From Candidatus Zixiibacteriota bacterium (GTDB lineage: Bacteria > Zixibacteria > MSB-5A5 > GN15 > FEB-12), in the NCBI GenBank assembly GCA_030619085.1, contig JAUXCD010000001.1, positions 1-41,500 of the forward strand: DNA of 41,500 nt, written 5' to 3'. The notes beneath the pieces are model-generated. The model was not told the origin of the DNA, did not search any database, and was given only the letters and a program-made list of their open reading frames with translations. Positions within the stretch are counted from its first letter, which is position 1, and every line of letters begins with the position of its first letter. Positions 26,415 through 34,704 of this stretch are shown here, piece by piece. Position numbers and translations under genes: made by a program.

Positions 26415-27266
26415 TTACCAACTGAAGAAGCGCTTTAGCTCAAGTCTTCCGCGGAAGCCGGAAAGGCCCAGATTTACGCGCGAATCTTCGGTAAAGTCCC
26501 AGGTTGCTATGATCTCCTGATCCAATGAATTATACCAACCGACATTGTTAAAGTTCAGGTAAAGATACCGAAAATCGAACCCAAACACCATGCCGAATAG
26601 GTTGGTTGGGTACTCAATCCCCATACCCATAGTGACTCCCGGAGCTGAACCGGAGTAGGTGGTGTTGGTGCCCGACGGAAGGGAGGTGGACAGATTGAGG
26701 TTCTCGTATCCGTCCCATACATCCCAGTTGACCTGGTAATAACCCACTGAACCGGTGGCTTTTATAGAGAGTTTTGAGGACGGCTCGCCGATGACCGGGG
26801 GGTTGGTCAAATAGTACTGTACTCCGGTGGAGACGCCAAAGACGGAGAGTTCCGAAACAATGTCTGTCACCGTGGTAGGGACACCGCCGTCCGGGATATA
26901 CTCGAAAGTCCCGGTCTGGCTTTCACCGAACTTCATCCAGTATTCACCACCGAGTGACCAGGCAATGCGGTTGCTGAGGACGATTCCGAACTCAATATCG
27001 AACGCCGGGGCCTGACTCAACCAGCTCAGGCTGGCGTCGGTGAAATTTTCCGACTGGTGCATGGCGAACTTGTTGTAGTCATTATCCCTGTTGATACGGT
27101 TCAAAATATAGCTACCGGAGATCCAGCCCAGTTTCCTCTTGTGCTTCTTCTCGGTTTTCTGGAGGTACTTGTTGATGATGTCCTGCTCAGTCTGAGTGGC
27201 AGACATCACCGAGGAATAGGCAAAGATAACCAACAGTGCCGCGATAACTGCTTTTATCGAATTCAT
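26415..27266 (-). CDS. Putative outer-membrane beta-barrel protein
   Basis: 283 aa with AGGAGG 4 nt upstream. The signal peptide is MNSIKAVIAALLVIFAYSSVMSA. It shows an alternating hydrophobic/aromatic strand pattern rich in Gly/Tyr/Ser. The C-terminus is aromatic (...LELKRFFSW). Confidence 0.6.
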   Translation of the reverse strand: MNSIKAVIAALLVIFAYSSVMSATQTEQDIINKYLQKTEKKHKRKLGWISGSYILNRINRDNDYNKFAMHQSENFTDASLSWLSQAPAFDIEFGIVLSNRIAWSLGGEYWMKFGESQTGTFEYIPDGGVPTTVTDIVSELSVFGVSTGVQYYLTNPPVIGEPSSKLSIKATGSVGYYQVNWDVWDGYENLNLSTSLPSGTNTTYSGSAPGVTMGMGIEYPTNLFGMVFGFDFRYLYLNFNNVGWYNSLDQEIIATWDFTEDSRVNLGLSGFRGRLELKRFFSW

Positions 27267-27331
27267 ACATCCTCCTGAATTGGCAACTTACACGATTTTT
27301 TCTATTTATCGGTAATTGCCGCCAGATTCTT

Positions 27332-27359
27332 GATTTAGATAAAGCATAAATACTGTCAA
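27332..27359 (-). promoter_or_regulatory. Candidate promoter for the OMP gene (TTGACA-16 nt-TAAATC)
   Basis: On the minus strand, TTGACA is at 27359-27354, overlapping the T-tract of the PFOR terminator. TAAATC is at 27337-27332. Confidence 0.35.
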
Positions 27360-27389
27360 AAAAAAGGCGGGCTCAAAGATGAGCCCGCC
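27358..27389 (-). terminator. Rho-independent terminator downstream of the PFOR gene
   Basis: 9-bp stem ggcgggctc (27366-74) pairs with gagcccgcc (27381-89). The plus-strand A8 run at 27358-65 is a T8 run on the minus strand. Confidence 0.85.
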
Positions 27390-27414
27390 CGAACACGGCT
27401 TAGAACTGTGGGTT

Positions 27415-30400
27415 CTACTCTTTTTTCATGCTGTAATCCATCTTGGCCATCTGTGAATAGAGATTCCAGCGACGGTCACAGTCGCGCTGGCCCAACCCTA
27501 TCAACATCTTGCACCGTTCCGGGTCCATCGATTTCAGGGTTCGGAAACGGTTCTCTCCAAGAGCATATTCCTCGAAGGAAATCGAAGGCGCCTTACAATC
27601 GAGTTGGAGTGGGTTCTTGCCCTGGTCTAACAGGTCTGGATTGTACCGGTACAGCATCCAGTGGCCGGACTGGACGGCTCGGTTTTCTTCTTCCAGACCA
27701 TGAGCCATATCAATGCCGTGGGCAATACAATGGCTGTAGCAAATCAGCAGCGAGGGACCATCATAGCGCTCGGCCTCGACCATCGCCTTAACGGTCTGGT
27801 TCTGACTGGCGCCGATGGCCATCTGGGCCACATAAACGCTGCCATAAGCCATAAGCATCAATCCCAGGTCCTTTTTAGCCAGCGGTTTGCCGGCGGCGGC
27901 AAATTTCGCCGTGGAAGCGCGGGGAGTAGCCTTGGACATTTGGCCGCCGGTATTGGAGTAAACCTCGGTGTCCAGAACCAGCAGGTTGACATTGCGGCCG
28001 GAGGCCATCACGTGATCAAGTCCGCCGTAACCGATATCGTACGCCCAGCCGTCACCGCCGATACCCCAGACCGATTTCTTGACGAGATAATCGGCGCAGT
28101 GTTTCAACGCGGCGACTTCATCGGTTTCTTTCATAGCGTCCAGTTTCTTCTTTAGCCCGGCAACGCGTTCCCGCTGTTTCTCCACACCGGCCTGATCCGA
28201 CTGGTCGGCCCCGGCCAGGTCGTCGTACATTTCGGGAACGAGTCTTCTGACCAGTTCACGCGCGTAACCCATCAGGTGGTCCGCTGTCAGGCGCATCCCC
28301 ATGGCGAACTCAGCATTGTCTTCGAACAGCGAATTCGACCAGGCCGGACCGCGGCCGTCGAAGCGCCGGCAGTACGGGGTGGTGGGTAAGTTACCGCCGT
28401 AAATGGAACTGCAGCCGGTGGCGTTGCCGCACAGGGCGCGGTCGCCGAACAACTGCGTCATCAGTTTCACATAAGGGGTTTCGCCGCAACCCGCGCAGGC
28501 ACCGGAGAATTCAAACAGCGGCTGCACGAACTGAGAGCCCTTAACGGTCTCTATATTGAACAGAGAGGCATCCGGCTCCGGCAGGGTATGCCGGAAGAAT
28601 TCCCAGTTTTCCTTTTCGTGCTCACGCAATGGTGCCTGCAGGGACATGTTGATGGCCTTGCGTTCGGTCTTGTTGCCATCGGCGTCCTTGGCGTAAGCCG
28701 GACAGGCGTTCACGCAGGCCTCGCAGCCGGTACAGTCTTCCGGCGCTATCTGCAGCGTGTAGGTGAGCCCGGCGAACTGCTTCGTGCGCGCCTCGGTGTG
28801 CTTGAACGTAGCCGGAGCTTTGTCAAGCAGCTTGCCGTCGTAAACCTTCGGGCGTATGGCCGCGTGCGGGCAGACAATGGAACAGATGTTACACTGGATA
28901 CAGGCTTCCGAATCCCACACGGGGATATCGACAGCGATGTTTCGTTTTTCGTAACGGGTGGTAGCGGTTGGGTAAGTACCGTCGATTGGAAATACCGACA
29001 CCGGCAACTGGTCACCACGCCCGGAAATGATCTCTGCCGTTACCGTCTTGACAAACTCCGGTGAATCCGTCGGGACGATTGGCGGCCGATGGGTAGTGCT
29101 GGTTACCTTGTTGGGGTAGTCAACCTGCTCGATAGCGTTGACGGCTCCGTCCACGGCGGCGAAGTTCATGTTCACCACCTTATCGCCCTTAGCACCGTAT
29201 GTTTTGACGATGGCATTCTTGATGGCTTTGATAGCCTCATCCTCGGGCAGAATCCCGGAGATCTTAAAGAATGCCGTCTGCATAATCATATTGATTCGGG
29301 CGCCGAGTCCCAGCTTCTTGCCCAGCGATATGGCATCGATAACGAAGAATTTGGCCTTCTTGTCAATAATCTGCTGCTGTACTTCTATGGGCATGGTGTC
29401 CCAGATTTCAGCCGCAGTGAAGGGGGAGTTCAACAGGAATGTTCCGCCTTCCACCAGTTTGTCCACCATGTCGTACTTCTCCAGAAATGAGAAGTTGTGG
29501 CAAGCGACGAACTGGGCATGGGTGATAAGGTAAGGCTTGCGGATGAGGTTCTTGCCGAAACGCACGTGGGAGACGGTGACGGCGCCGGCTTTCTTGGAGT
29601 CATAAACGAAATAACCCTGGGCGTAATTGTCAGTGTTCTCGCCGATGATTTTGATCGAGTTCTTGTTCGCCCCGACCGTGCCGTCGGCGCCCAGTCCGTA
29701 GAACAGGCCCCGGAAGTTTTCGCCTTCCAGGCTGAACGAAGAGTCCGACTCCAGCGATGTCATCGTAACATCGTCGGTGATGCCGGACGTGAAATGATTT
29801 TTCGGGGTCTTGCTGTTGAGGTTGTCAAAGACGGCCTTGGCCATCGACGGATTGAACTCAGACGATCCCAATCCATAACGACCGCCGACAATTAGCGGAC
29901 GGTCCGTGAACGAAGCTATGCCGGAGTCGAGGGCTTCATTTATCGCAGTCTGGACGTCGGTGTAAAGCGGTTCACCGACTGAGCCCGGCTCTTTGGTCCG
30001 GTCAAGAACGGCGATCTTTTTAACTGTCGACGGGAGAGCGCCGATAAAAGATTCGATTGAGAAGGGTCGATACAGTCTGACCTTGATAACACCGACCTTT
30101 TCACCCTGCGCGACCAGGGCGTCGACCGTTTCATGGACGACCTCGGCGCCGGTGCCCATAATAATGGCCACGCGCTCGGCTTCGGGATGGCCAATATAAT
30201 CGAAAAGTTTATATTGCCGACCGATAACCGCGGCAAACTTGTCCATGGCCGCCTGGACGTGACCCGGTGCTTCGGTGTAGAACTTGTTCACCGCTTCGCG
30301 CGACTGGAAGAAGACATCCGGATTCTGGGAGGTACCTTTGAGCGTCGGACGGTCAGGGGTGAGCGCCCGCTCACGATGAGCATTGACCAACTTGTCGTCC

Positions 30401-31044
30401 AACACGGCGCGCATATCGTCAAGAGAAAATTCCTCGACTTTCTGGACCTCGTGGGAAGTGCGGAAGCCGTCAAAGAAATGCACGAAAGGCACCCGGCTGG
30501 CCAGTGAGGCCGCCTGGGAAATCAAGGCCATGTCCATGACCTCCTGCACCGATCCTGAGGCGAGGAGGCCGAAACCGGTGGATCGGGTCGTCATGACATC
30601 GCTATGATCACCGAAGATCGACAGGGCGTGAGTGGCGACGGCGCGCGCGGAGACATGGAATACCGTCGGGGTCAATTCACCGGCGATTTTGAACATATTG
30701 GGAATCATCAGCAGCAAGCCCTGAGAGGCCGTGAAGGTCGTGGTCAGGGCGCCGGCGGTCAGCGCACCGTGTACGGCTCCCGAGGCGCCGCCTTCGGACT
30801 GCATTTCAGTAACGTTTGGAATCACGCCCCACACGTTGGTTTTCCCATCCGCGGATCTTTCGTCGGCGACCTCACCCATGTTGGATGACGGGGTGATCGG
30901 ATAGATAGCGATTACTTCGTTAGTAGCGTGCGCCACGTAGGCCGCCGCGGTGTTTCCATCTATCATGACCATTGGGCGTTTACTTCTGTCTGCTTTATTA
31001 GTTGTCTTTCCCATGTCTTTACTTTCCGTTGCTCCTTCAAGCAT
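27415..31044 (-). CDS. nifJ: Pyruvate:ferredoxin (flavodoxin) oxidoreductase, single-polypeptide NifJ/PFOR type
   Basis: 1209 aa with AGGAG 7 nt upstream of ATG 31044. The N-terminus is DGNTAAAYVAHATNEVIAIYPITPSS. It has two 4Fe-4S ferredoxin motifs (CIQCNICSIVCPHAAI and CTGCEACVNACP). The TPP-binding region reads GGDGWAYDIGYGGLDHV...NTGGQ. Confidence 0.93.
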   Translation of the reverse strand: MLEGATESKDMGKTTNKADRSKRPMVMIDGNTAAAYVAHATNEVIAIYPITPSSNMGEVADERSADGKTNVWGVIPNVTEMQSEGGASGAVHGALTAGALTTTFTASQGLLLMIPNMFKIAGELTPTVFHVSARAVATHALSIFGDHSDVMTTRSTGFGLLASGSVQEVMDMALISQAASLASRVPFVHFFDGFRTSHEVQKVEEFSLDDMRAVLDDKLVNAHRERALTPDRPTLKGTSQNPDVFFQSREAVNKFYTEAPGHVQAAMDKFAAVIGRQYKLFDYIGHPEAERVAIIMGTGAEVVHETVDALVAQGEKVGVIKVRLYRPFSIESFIGALPSTVKKIAVLDRTKEPGSVGEPLYTDVQTAINEALDSGIASFTDRPLIVGGRYGLGSSEFNPSMAKAVFDNLNSKTPKNHFTSGITDDVTMTSLESDSSFSLEGENFRGLFYGLGADGTVGANKNSIKIIGENTDNYAQGYFVYDSKKAGAVTVSHVRFGKNLIRKPYLITHAQFVACHNFSFLEKYDMVDKLVEGGTFLLNSPFTAAEIWDTMPIEVQQQIIDKKAKFFVIDAISLGKKLGLGARINMIMQTAFFKISGILPEDEAIKAIKNAIVKTYGAKGDKVVNMNFAAVDGAVNAIEQVDYPNKVTSTTHRPPIVPTDSPEFVKTVTAEIISGRGDQLPVSVFPIDGTYPTATTRYEKRNIAVDIPVWDSEACIQCNICSIVCPHAAIRPKVYDGKLLDKAPATFKHTEARTKQFAGLTYTLQIAPEDCTGCEACVNACPAYAKDADGNKTERKAINMSLQAPLREHEKENWEFFRHTLPEPDASLFNIETVKGSQFVQPLFEFSGACAGCGETPYVKLMTQLFGDRALCGNATGCSSIYGGNLPTTPYCRRFDGRGPAWSNSLFEDNAEFAMGMRLTADHLMGYARELVRRLVPEMYDDLAGADQSDQAGVEKQRERVAGLKKKLDAMKETDEVAALKHCADYLVKKSVWGIGGDGWAYDIGYGGLDHVMASGRNVNLLVLDTEVYSNTGGQMSKATPRASTAKFAAAGKPLAKKDLGLMLMAYGSVYVAQMAIGASQNQTVKAMVEAERYDGPSLLICYSHCIAHGIDMAHGLEEENRAVQSGHWMLYRYNPDLLDQGKNPLQLDCKAPSISFEEYALGENRFRTLKSMDPERCKMLIGLGQRDCDRRWNLYSQMAKMDYSMKKE

Positions 31045-31084
31045 TTAGCAACTCCTGATTCAAAATACGTTAACTGCCGGGCTG

Positions 31085-31639
31085 TCAGTCCGACTTGGAA
31101 TAAGTTATTGTTTTCTGTCCTTGATACTTACCCCTTTTATCCCCATAAGAAACAAGACAATCTTCTTTCGCTTCGAGGAAGAGAATCTGAGCGATTCCTT
31201 CGTTAGCATAAATCCGCACCGGCAGGGGAGCCGTGTTGGAAATGGAAATAGTCGCGTAACCTTCCCACTCCGGTTCAAACGGGGTTACGTTGACAATGAC
31301 ACCGCTACGGGCGTAAGTGGACTTGCCAAAACAGATCGTGATGACATCTCGCGGAATTTTGAAATACTCGCGCGATTGTGCCAAAAGGAAGGCATTGGGG
31401 GGGATCAGCACCGACTCGGCGGTGACACTTTCGAAGTATTCGCTGTTATCTTTCTTGGGGTCGATCTCCTCAAGTCCCTTCGGACGCAGGATCTTGAAAT
31501 GGTTCGATAGACTTATATCGTAGCCATATGACGAGACTCCGAAACTAATTCCGGCTCGTACCTGACTTTCGCTAAAAGGCTTGATCAGTTCATAGTCGCG
31601 AGCCATTTCGATTATCCAGCGATCAGACTTAACCGGCAT
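31085..31639 (-). CDS. dcd: dCTP deaminase
   Basis: 184 aa with GGAG 6 nt upstream. The Dcd-like motifs are SDRWIIEMA, GVSSYGYDISL, FGKSTYARSG and EPEWEGYATISISN. Confidence 0.85.
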   Translation of the reverse strand: MPVKSDRWIIEMARDYELIKPFSESQVRAGISFGVSSYGYDISLSNHFKILRPKGLEEIDPKKDNSEYFESVTAESVLIPPNAFLLAQSREYFKIPRDVITICFGKSTYARSGVIVNVTPFEPEWEGYATISISNTAPLPVRIYANEGIAQILFLEAKEDCLVSYGDKRGKYQGQKTITYSKSD

Positions 31640-31741
31640 TTTCTCTCCGCTTTCAATTCAGTTATCAAATCCCGTGTCAAAGTATGCAGAGACCGGCTCG
31701 CTGTAAACCAATATTACCGAAAAACTGCTATCCTTAACCGA

Positions 31742-32167
31742 TCATACCAAAACCGCCCCGGCCTTTTGCCACTTGGTCATATCAGCCAGGGTGTGACTCT
31801 TAAATACCTCCGCCATTCTGTTTTCAGCAATTATCACCAGTTCTCTGAGTGCGCAGAAATCCGAACATGCGCAGACGTCCGGATCTTTAATACATTTCAT
31901 TAAGTGATAGGGACCTTGAATTGCCTCGAGAACCTCCATTATGGTTATTTCACCGGGATCCTTACTCAAGGTGAAGCCGCCACGGACCCCACGGTGAGAA
32001 CGGACTATACCAGTGCGAGATAGGGACTGGAAGATCTTCGCCAGGAACTTTTCCGGGATGTCTTTGGCTTCGGAGATTTCGGAAAGCGGGGTAACCCTGT
32101 CTCTATCCGTCTCGGCCAGATAGAGCACCCCCATTATGCCGTACTCCTCAGCTTTTGTGAACTGCAT
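31742..32167 (-). CDS. Rrf2-family transcriptional regulator with a Cys cluster
   Basis: 141 aa. The N-terminal wHTH is typical of Rrf2 (TKAEEYGIMGVLYLA...ISEAKDIPEKFLAKIFQSLSRTGIVRSHRGVRGGFTL). The Cys cluster is C-x6-C-x-C-x3-C (CIKDPDVCACSDFC). Confidence 0.85.
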   Translation of the reverse strand: MQFTKAEEYGIMGVLYLAETDRDRVTPLSEISEAKDIPEKFLAKIFQSLSRTGIVRSHRGVRGGFTLSKDPGEITIMEVLEAIQGPYHLMKCIKDPDVCACSDFCALRELVIIAENRMAEVFKSHTLADMTKWQKAGAVLV

Positions 32168-32336
32168 ACTGCCCTTCTTTCGTTATTGTAGCCATCACCT
32201 TCAATAAAGCCAGTAAGCCGACTTTATTCACCTTAATACCCGTCTAAATATGTGTATGGTAGATAAAGAAGTCAAGTAAAACAGGTTAATTTTTTCACAA
32301 AACAACAATGGCTTTACGCGCTGTAAGTTCCAATCT

Positions 32337-32357
32337 GATATAAGATTGACTTATATC
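32337..32357. promoter_or_regulatory. Perfect inverted repeat GATATAAG-attga-CTTATATC (candidate operator)
   Basis: The 8-bp arms are exact reverse complements (32337-44 and 32350-57) with a 5-bp spacer. It lies in the divergent rrf2/cobO intergenic region, 52 nt upstream of the cobO ATG. Confidence 0.4.
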
Positions 32358-32408
32358 GTTTTTTTCGTAACTTGACCATAATTGGCATCACAATCAAAAA
32401 GAGTGATA

Positions 32409-32960
32409 ATGGAGAACTCCGGCAAAAACAAGGAAATCGGTCTGCTGGTTGTCTACACCGGCAACGGAAAAGGCAAGACCACAGCGGCCCTGGGGATGTG
32501 CGTCCGAGCCATTGGCTACGGATGGAAGATATGTATTGTCCAGTTTGTCAAAGGATCATGGAAATACGGCGAATTGAAAGGAATCAAGCGCCTGGATCCG
32601 AATGTTGAGTTGAACGTGGTGGGCGAAGGATTCGTCGGCATTATCGACGACAAGAAAGAATTCAGCGAACATCGACAGGCCGCCCGACAGGGCCTTGAGT
32701 TGGCCCGGGAGAAAATAGCATCAAAGCAGTACCAATTAGTTATCCTGGACGAACTCAATGTCGCCCTTAAACTGGGTCTGGTGGAGCGCCAGGATGTTGA
32801 GTCGTTGCTTGAGGCTCGGTCTGAAAAGCAACACCTGGTCATTACCGGCCGCGACGCCGCCGATTGGCTGATCGAAAGGGCCGACCTGGTGACTGAAATG
32901 ACCGAGATCAAACACCCGTTTCAGCAAGGCATTCTGGCCCAGAAAGGCATTGACTGGTAG
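32409..32960 (+). CDS. cobO: Cob(I)yrinic acid a,c-diamide / cob(I)alamin adenosyltransferase (CobA/CobO/BtuR family)
   Basis: The P-loop is VYTGNGKGKTTAALG. The family motifs are QFVKG, GE, DELN and ITGR. I preferred ATG 32409 over the ORF-track TTG 32382. Confidence 0.85.
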   Translation: MENSGKNKEIGLLVVYTGNGKGKTTAALGMCVRAIGYGWKICIVQFVKGSWKYGELKGIKRLDPNVELNVVGEGFVGIIDDKKEFSEHRQAARQGLELAREKIASKQYQLVILDELNVALKLGLVERQDVESLLEARSEKQHLVITGRDAADWLIERADLVTEMTEIKHPFQQGILAQKGIDW

Positions 32961-33232
32961 CCGCACAGCTCGGGAATATGCTTTGACGAAGACGCGGGGA
33001 AGATATGACAAAAAACAAGATGGGTTTGTGCGGTCTTGTTTGTATAATGATCTGTGCGGTGCTGAGGGGACACTGTTCTGGACGAAAAACGGAAATGCTT
33101 GAAATCCTCGAGATCTTGAGCAATCTTGATGCAACCCTGCGGCCGAGAGGCCGTTAGCAGCGGTGGCAGACCTCGGCAAGAGTCTATAACAAGGCAAAAA
33201 GTGAAAGTTAGCAATACGGAGGAAGTTTGAAG

Positions 33233-34186
33233 ATGACGGAAGAAAAAAGATACGACGTTGTCATTGTCGGCGGTGGTCCGGGGGGACTGTGCGCCGGTTT
33301 GTATACGGCCCGAGCCAATCGCAAGGTCATTTGCCTGGAAAAGTATCTTCCCGGCGGTCAGATTGCCCTGACCGGTGAGGTTGAAGATTATCTCGGTTTC
33401 GAACACATACAGGGGGCTGAACTGGCCGAGAAATTCACCAACCATGCCAAAAAGTTTGGACTCGAAGTGGCTATGGAAGAAGTCGTCGAGGTATATGTGG
33501 ACGGTGAGGACCGGGTCGCGCGGTGCGCTTCGGGCAATGTCTATCGGGGTAAAGCAATTATTCTTTCCACCGGCGGAACCCCGGTGAAGATGGACGTTCC
33601 CGGCGAACAGGAATACAGCGGCAAGGGCGTTTCGTATTGCGCCATTTGCGACGGGGCGTTTTTCCGGGGCAAAGTGATTGCTGTTGTCGGTGGCGGCGAC
33701 GCTGCCGTGGAAGAAGGCATTTTCCTTACCAAGTTTGCTTCCAAGGTCATTATTATTCACCGACGGGACAAACTTCGGGCCCAAAAGATCATTCAGCAGC
33801 GTGCTTTTGATAATGATAAAGTGGAAATCATCTGGGATAGCATCGTCGAGTCCATCAACGGCGACGGCAAGACTGTCACGAATCTGTCATTGAAAAACGT
33901 CAAGACGGGCGAAACGTCCACCCTTGAGGTCGGCGCGATATTCCCGTACCTGGGTTTCAAACCGAATTCCGGAATGTCCCGAGAACCCTTGAAGGCCGAC
34001 CAGGGCGGTTTTATTATTACCGATGACAGGATGGAAACGTCGGTGAAAGCCATATACGCCTGCGGCGACGTCCGCTCGCAACTGGTACGCCAGGTGACCA
34101 ATGCCGTCGGCGATGGCACTACCGCCGCGGTGGCGGCCGAAAAATATATGGAGGAACTGGAAGACAAGCACGCGTCGCGAAGGTAG
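33233..34186 (+). CDS. trxB: Thioredoxin-disulfide reductase
   Basis: FAD motif VIVGGGPGG, redox-active CAICDG, NADPH motif VVGGGDAAVEEG and C-terminal GDV...AVGDG are present. ATG 33233 has GGAGGA 9 nt upstream. The ORF track starts at TTG 33227. Confidence 0.92.
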   Translation: MTEEKRYDVVIVGGGPGGLCAGLYTARANRKVICLEKYLPGGQIALTGEVEDYLGFEHIQGAELAEKFTNHAKKFGLEVAMEEVVEVYVDGEDRVARCASGNVYRGKAIILSTGGTPVKMDVPGEQEYSGKGVSYCAICDGAFFRGKVIAVVGGGDAAVEEGIFLTKFASKVIIIHRRDKLRAQKIIQQRAFDNDKVEIIWDSIVESINGDGKTVTNLSLKNVKTGETSTLEVGAIFPYLGFKPNSGMSREPLKADQGGFIITDDRMETSVKAIYACGDVRSQLVRQVTNAVGDGTTAAVAAEKYMEELEDKHASRR

Positions 34187-34196
34187 CCGGCCGAGG

Positions 34197-34224
34197 TTGA
34201 CTTCCGCCCTCTTGATACTATACA
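34197..34224 (+). promoter_or_regulatory. Candidate promoter (TTGACT-16 nt-TATACA) directly after the trxB stop
   Basis: TTGACT is at 34197-34202 and TATACA at 34219-34224. It would start a transcript ~470 nt upstream of the next CDS. Confidence 0.35.
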
Positions 34225-34512
34225 GTTTGCTGAGAATCGCATATTCTGCGAAGGCTTGAGGTCTTTGCGTTATACTTCTGACGGTCTTCTGCCGTGAAAA
34301 GGGCGGTCAAAGTTGTACGTTTTCCGAGGCATATGTCCCGGCTATAAAGATACGCGGGCAGCGACTTAGGCTATTTTCGTCTTGCTAATCATGGCCTTAA
34401 TTATTATACTTTAAAGAGATACTTCATTGAGGATTATTGCAGACGTGTATCGACTGTGGTGTCCATTATTTACTGTGGTTTTTCCGGCAATCTGCCGATA
34501 ATCTAAAAAAAT

Positions 34513-34590
34513 ATGGGAGTGGTGTGCGCTGGTTTACCAGCCACCTGACGTTAGAGTCGGGCATCCCCCTCCACCACTCCCATTTTTATT
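34513..34590 (+). ncRNA. Candidate structured RNA element or terminator-like hairpin (function unknown)
   Basis: gggagtggtg (34515-24) is the exact reverse complement of caccactccc (34572-81), and two A-T pairs extend the stem. An internal hairpin gctgg-ttta-ccagc lies at 34528-41. T-runs follow on both strands (atttttattt, and atattttttt on the minus strand). Confidence 0.3.
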
Positions 34591-34704
34591 TATCAACCCA
34601 ATCTAACCCCGACCAATTTCATTTTTTAGTAAATCTGTCGATATACAGACAGATAGACACCATTGTATTGACATGCTCGGAAAGTAAAGTGACAGGACAA
34701 AATT

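Noticed and set aside
32168-32408. A cobalamin riboswitch upstream of cobO.
   Set aside because: No B12-box-like sequence or the characteristic conserved GC-rich core is visible. The region is AT-rich with only the 8-5-8 palindrome standing out.
34513-34590. A tRNA, tmRNA or RNase P identity for the structured element.
   Set aside because: It has no T-loop GTTCGAATC-like sequence, no 7-bp acceptor with CCA context, no tag-peptide reading frame and no RNase P P4 consensus (GAGGAAAGTCC). I report it only as an unclassified structure.
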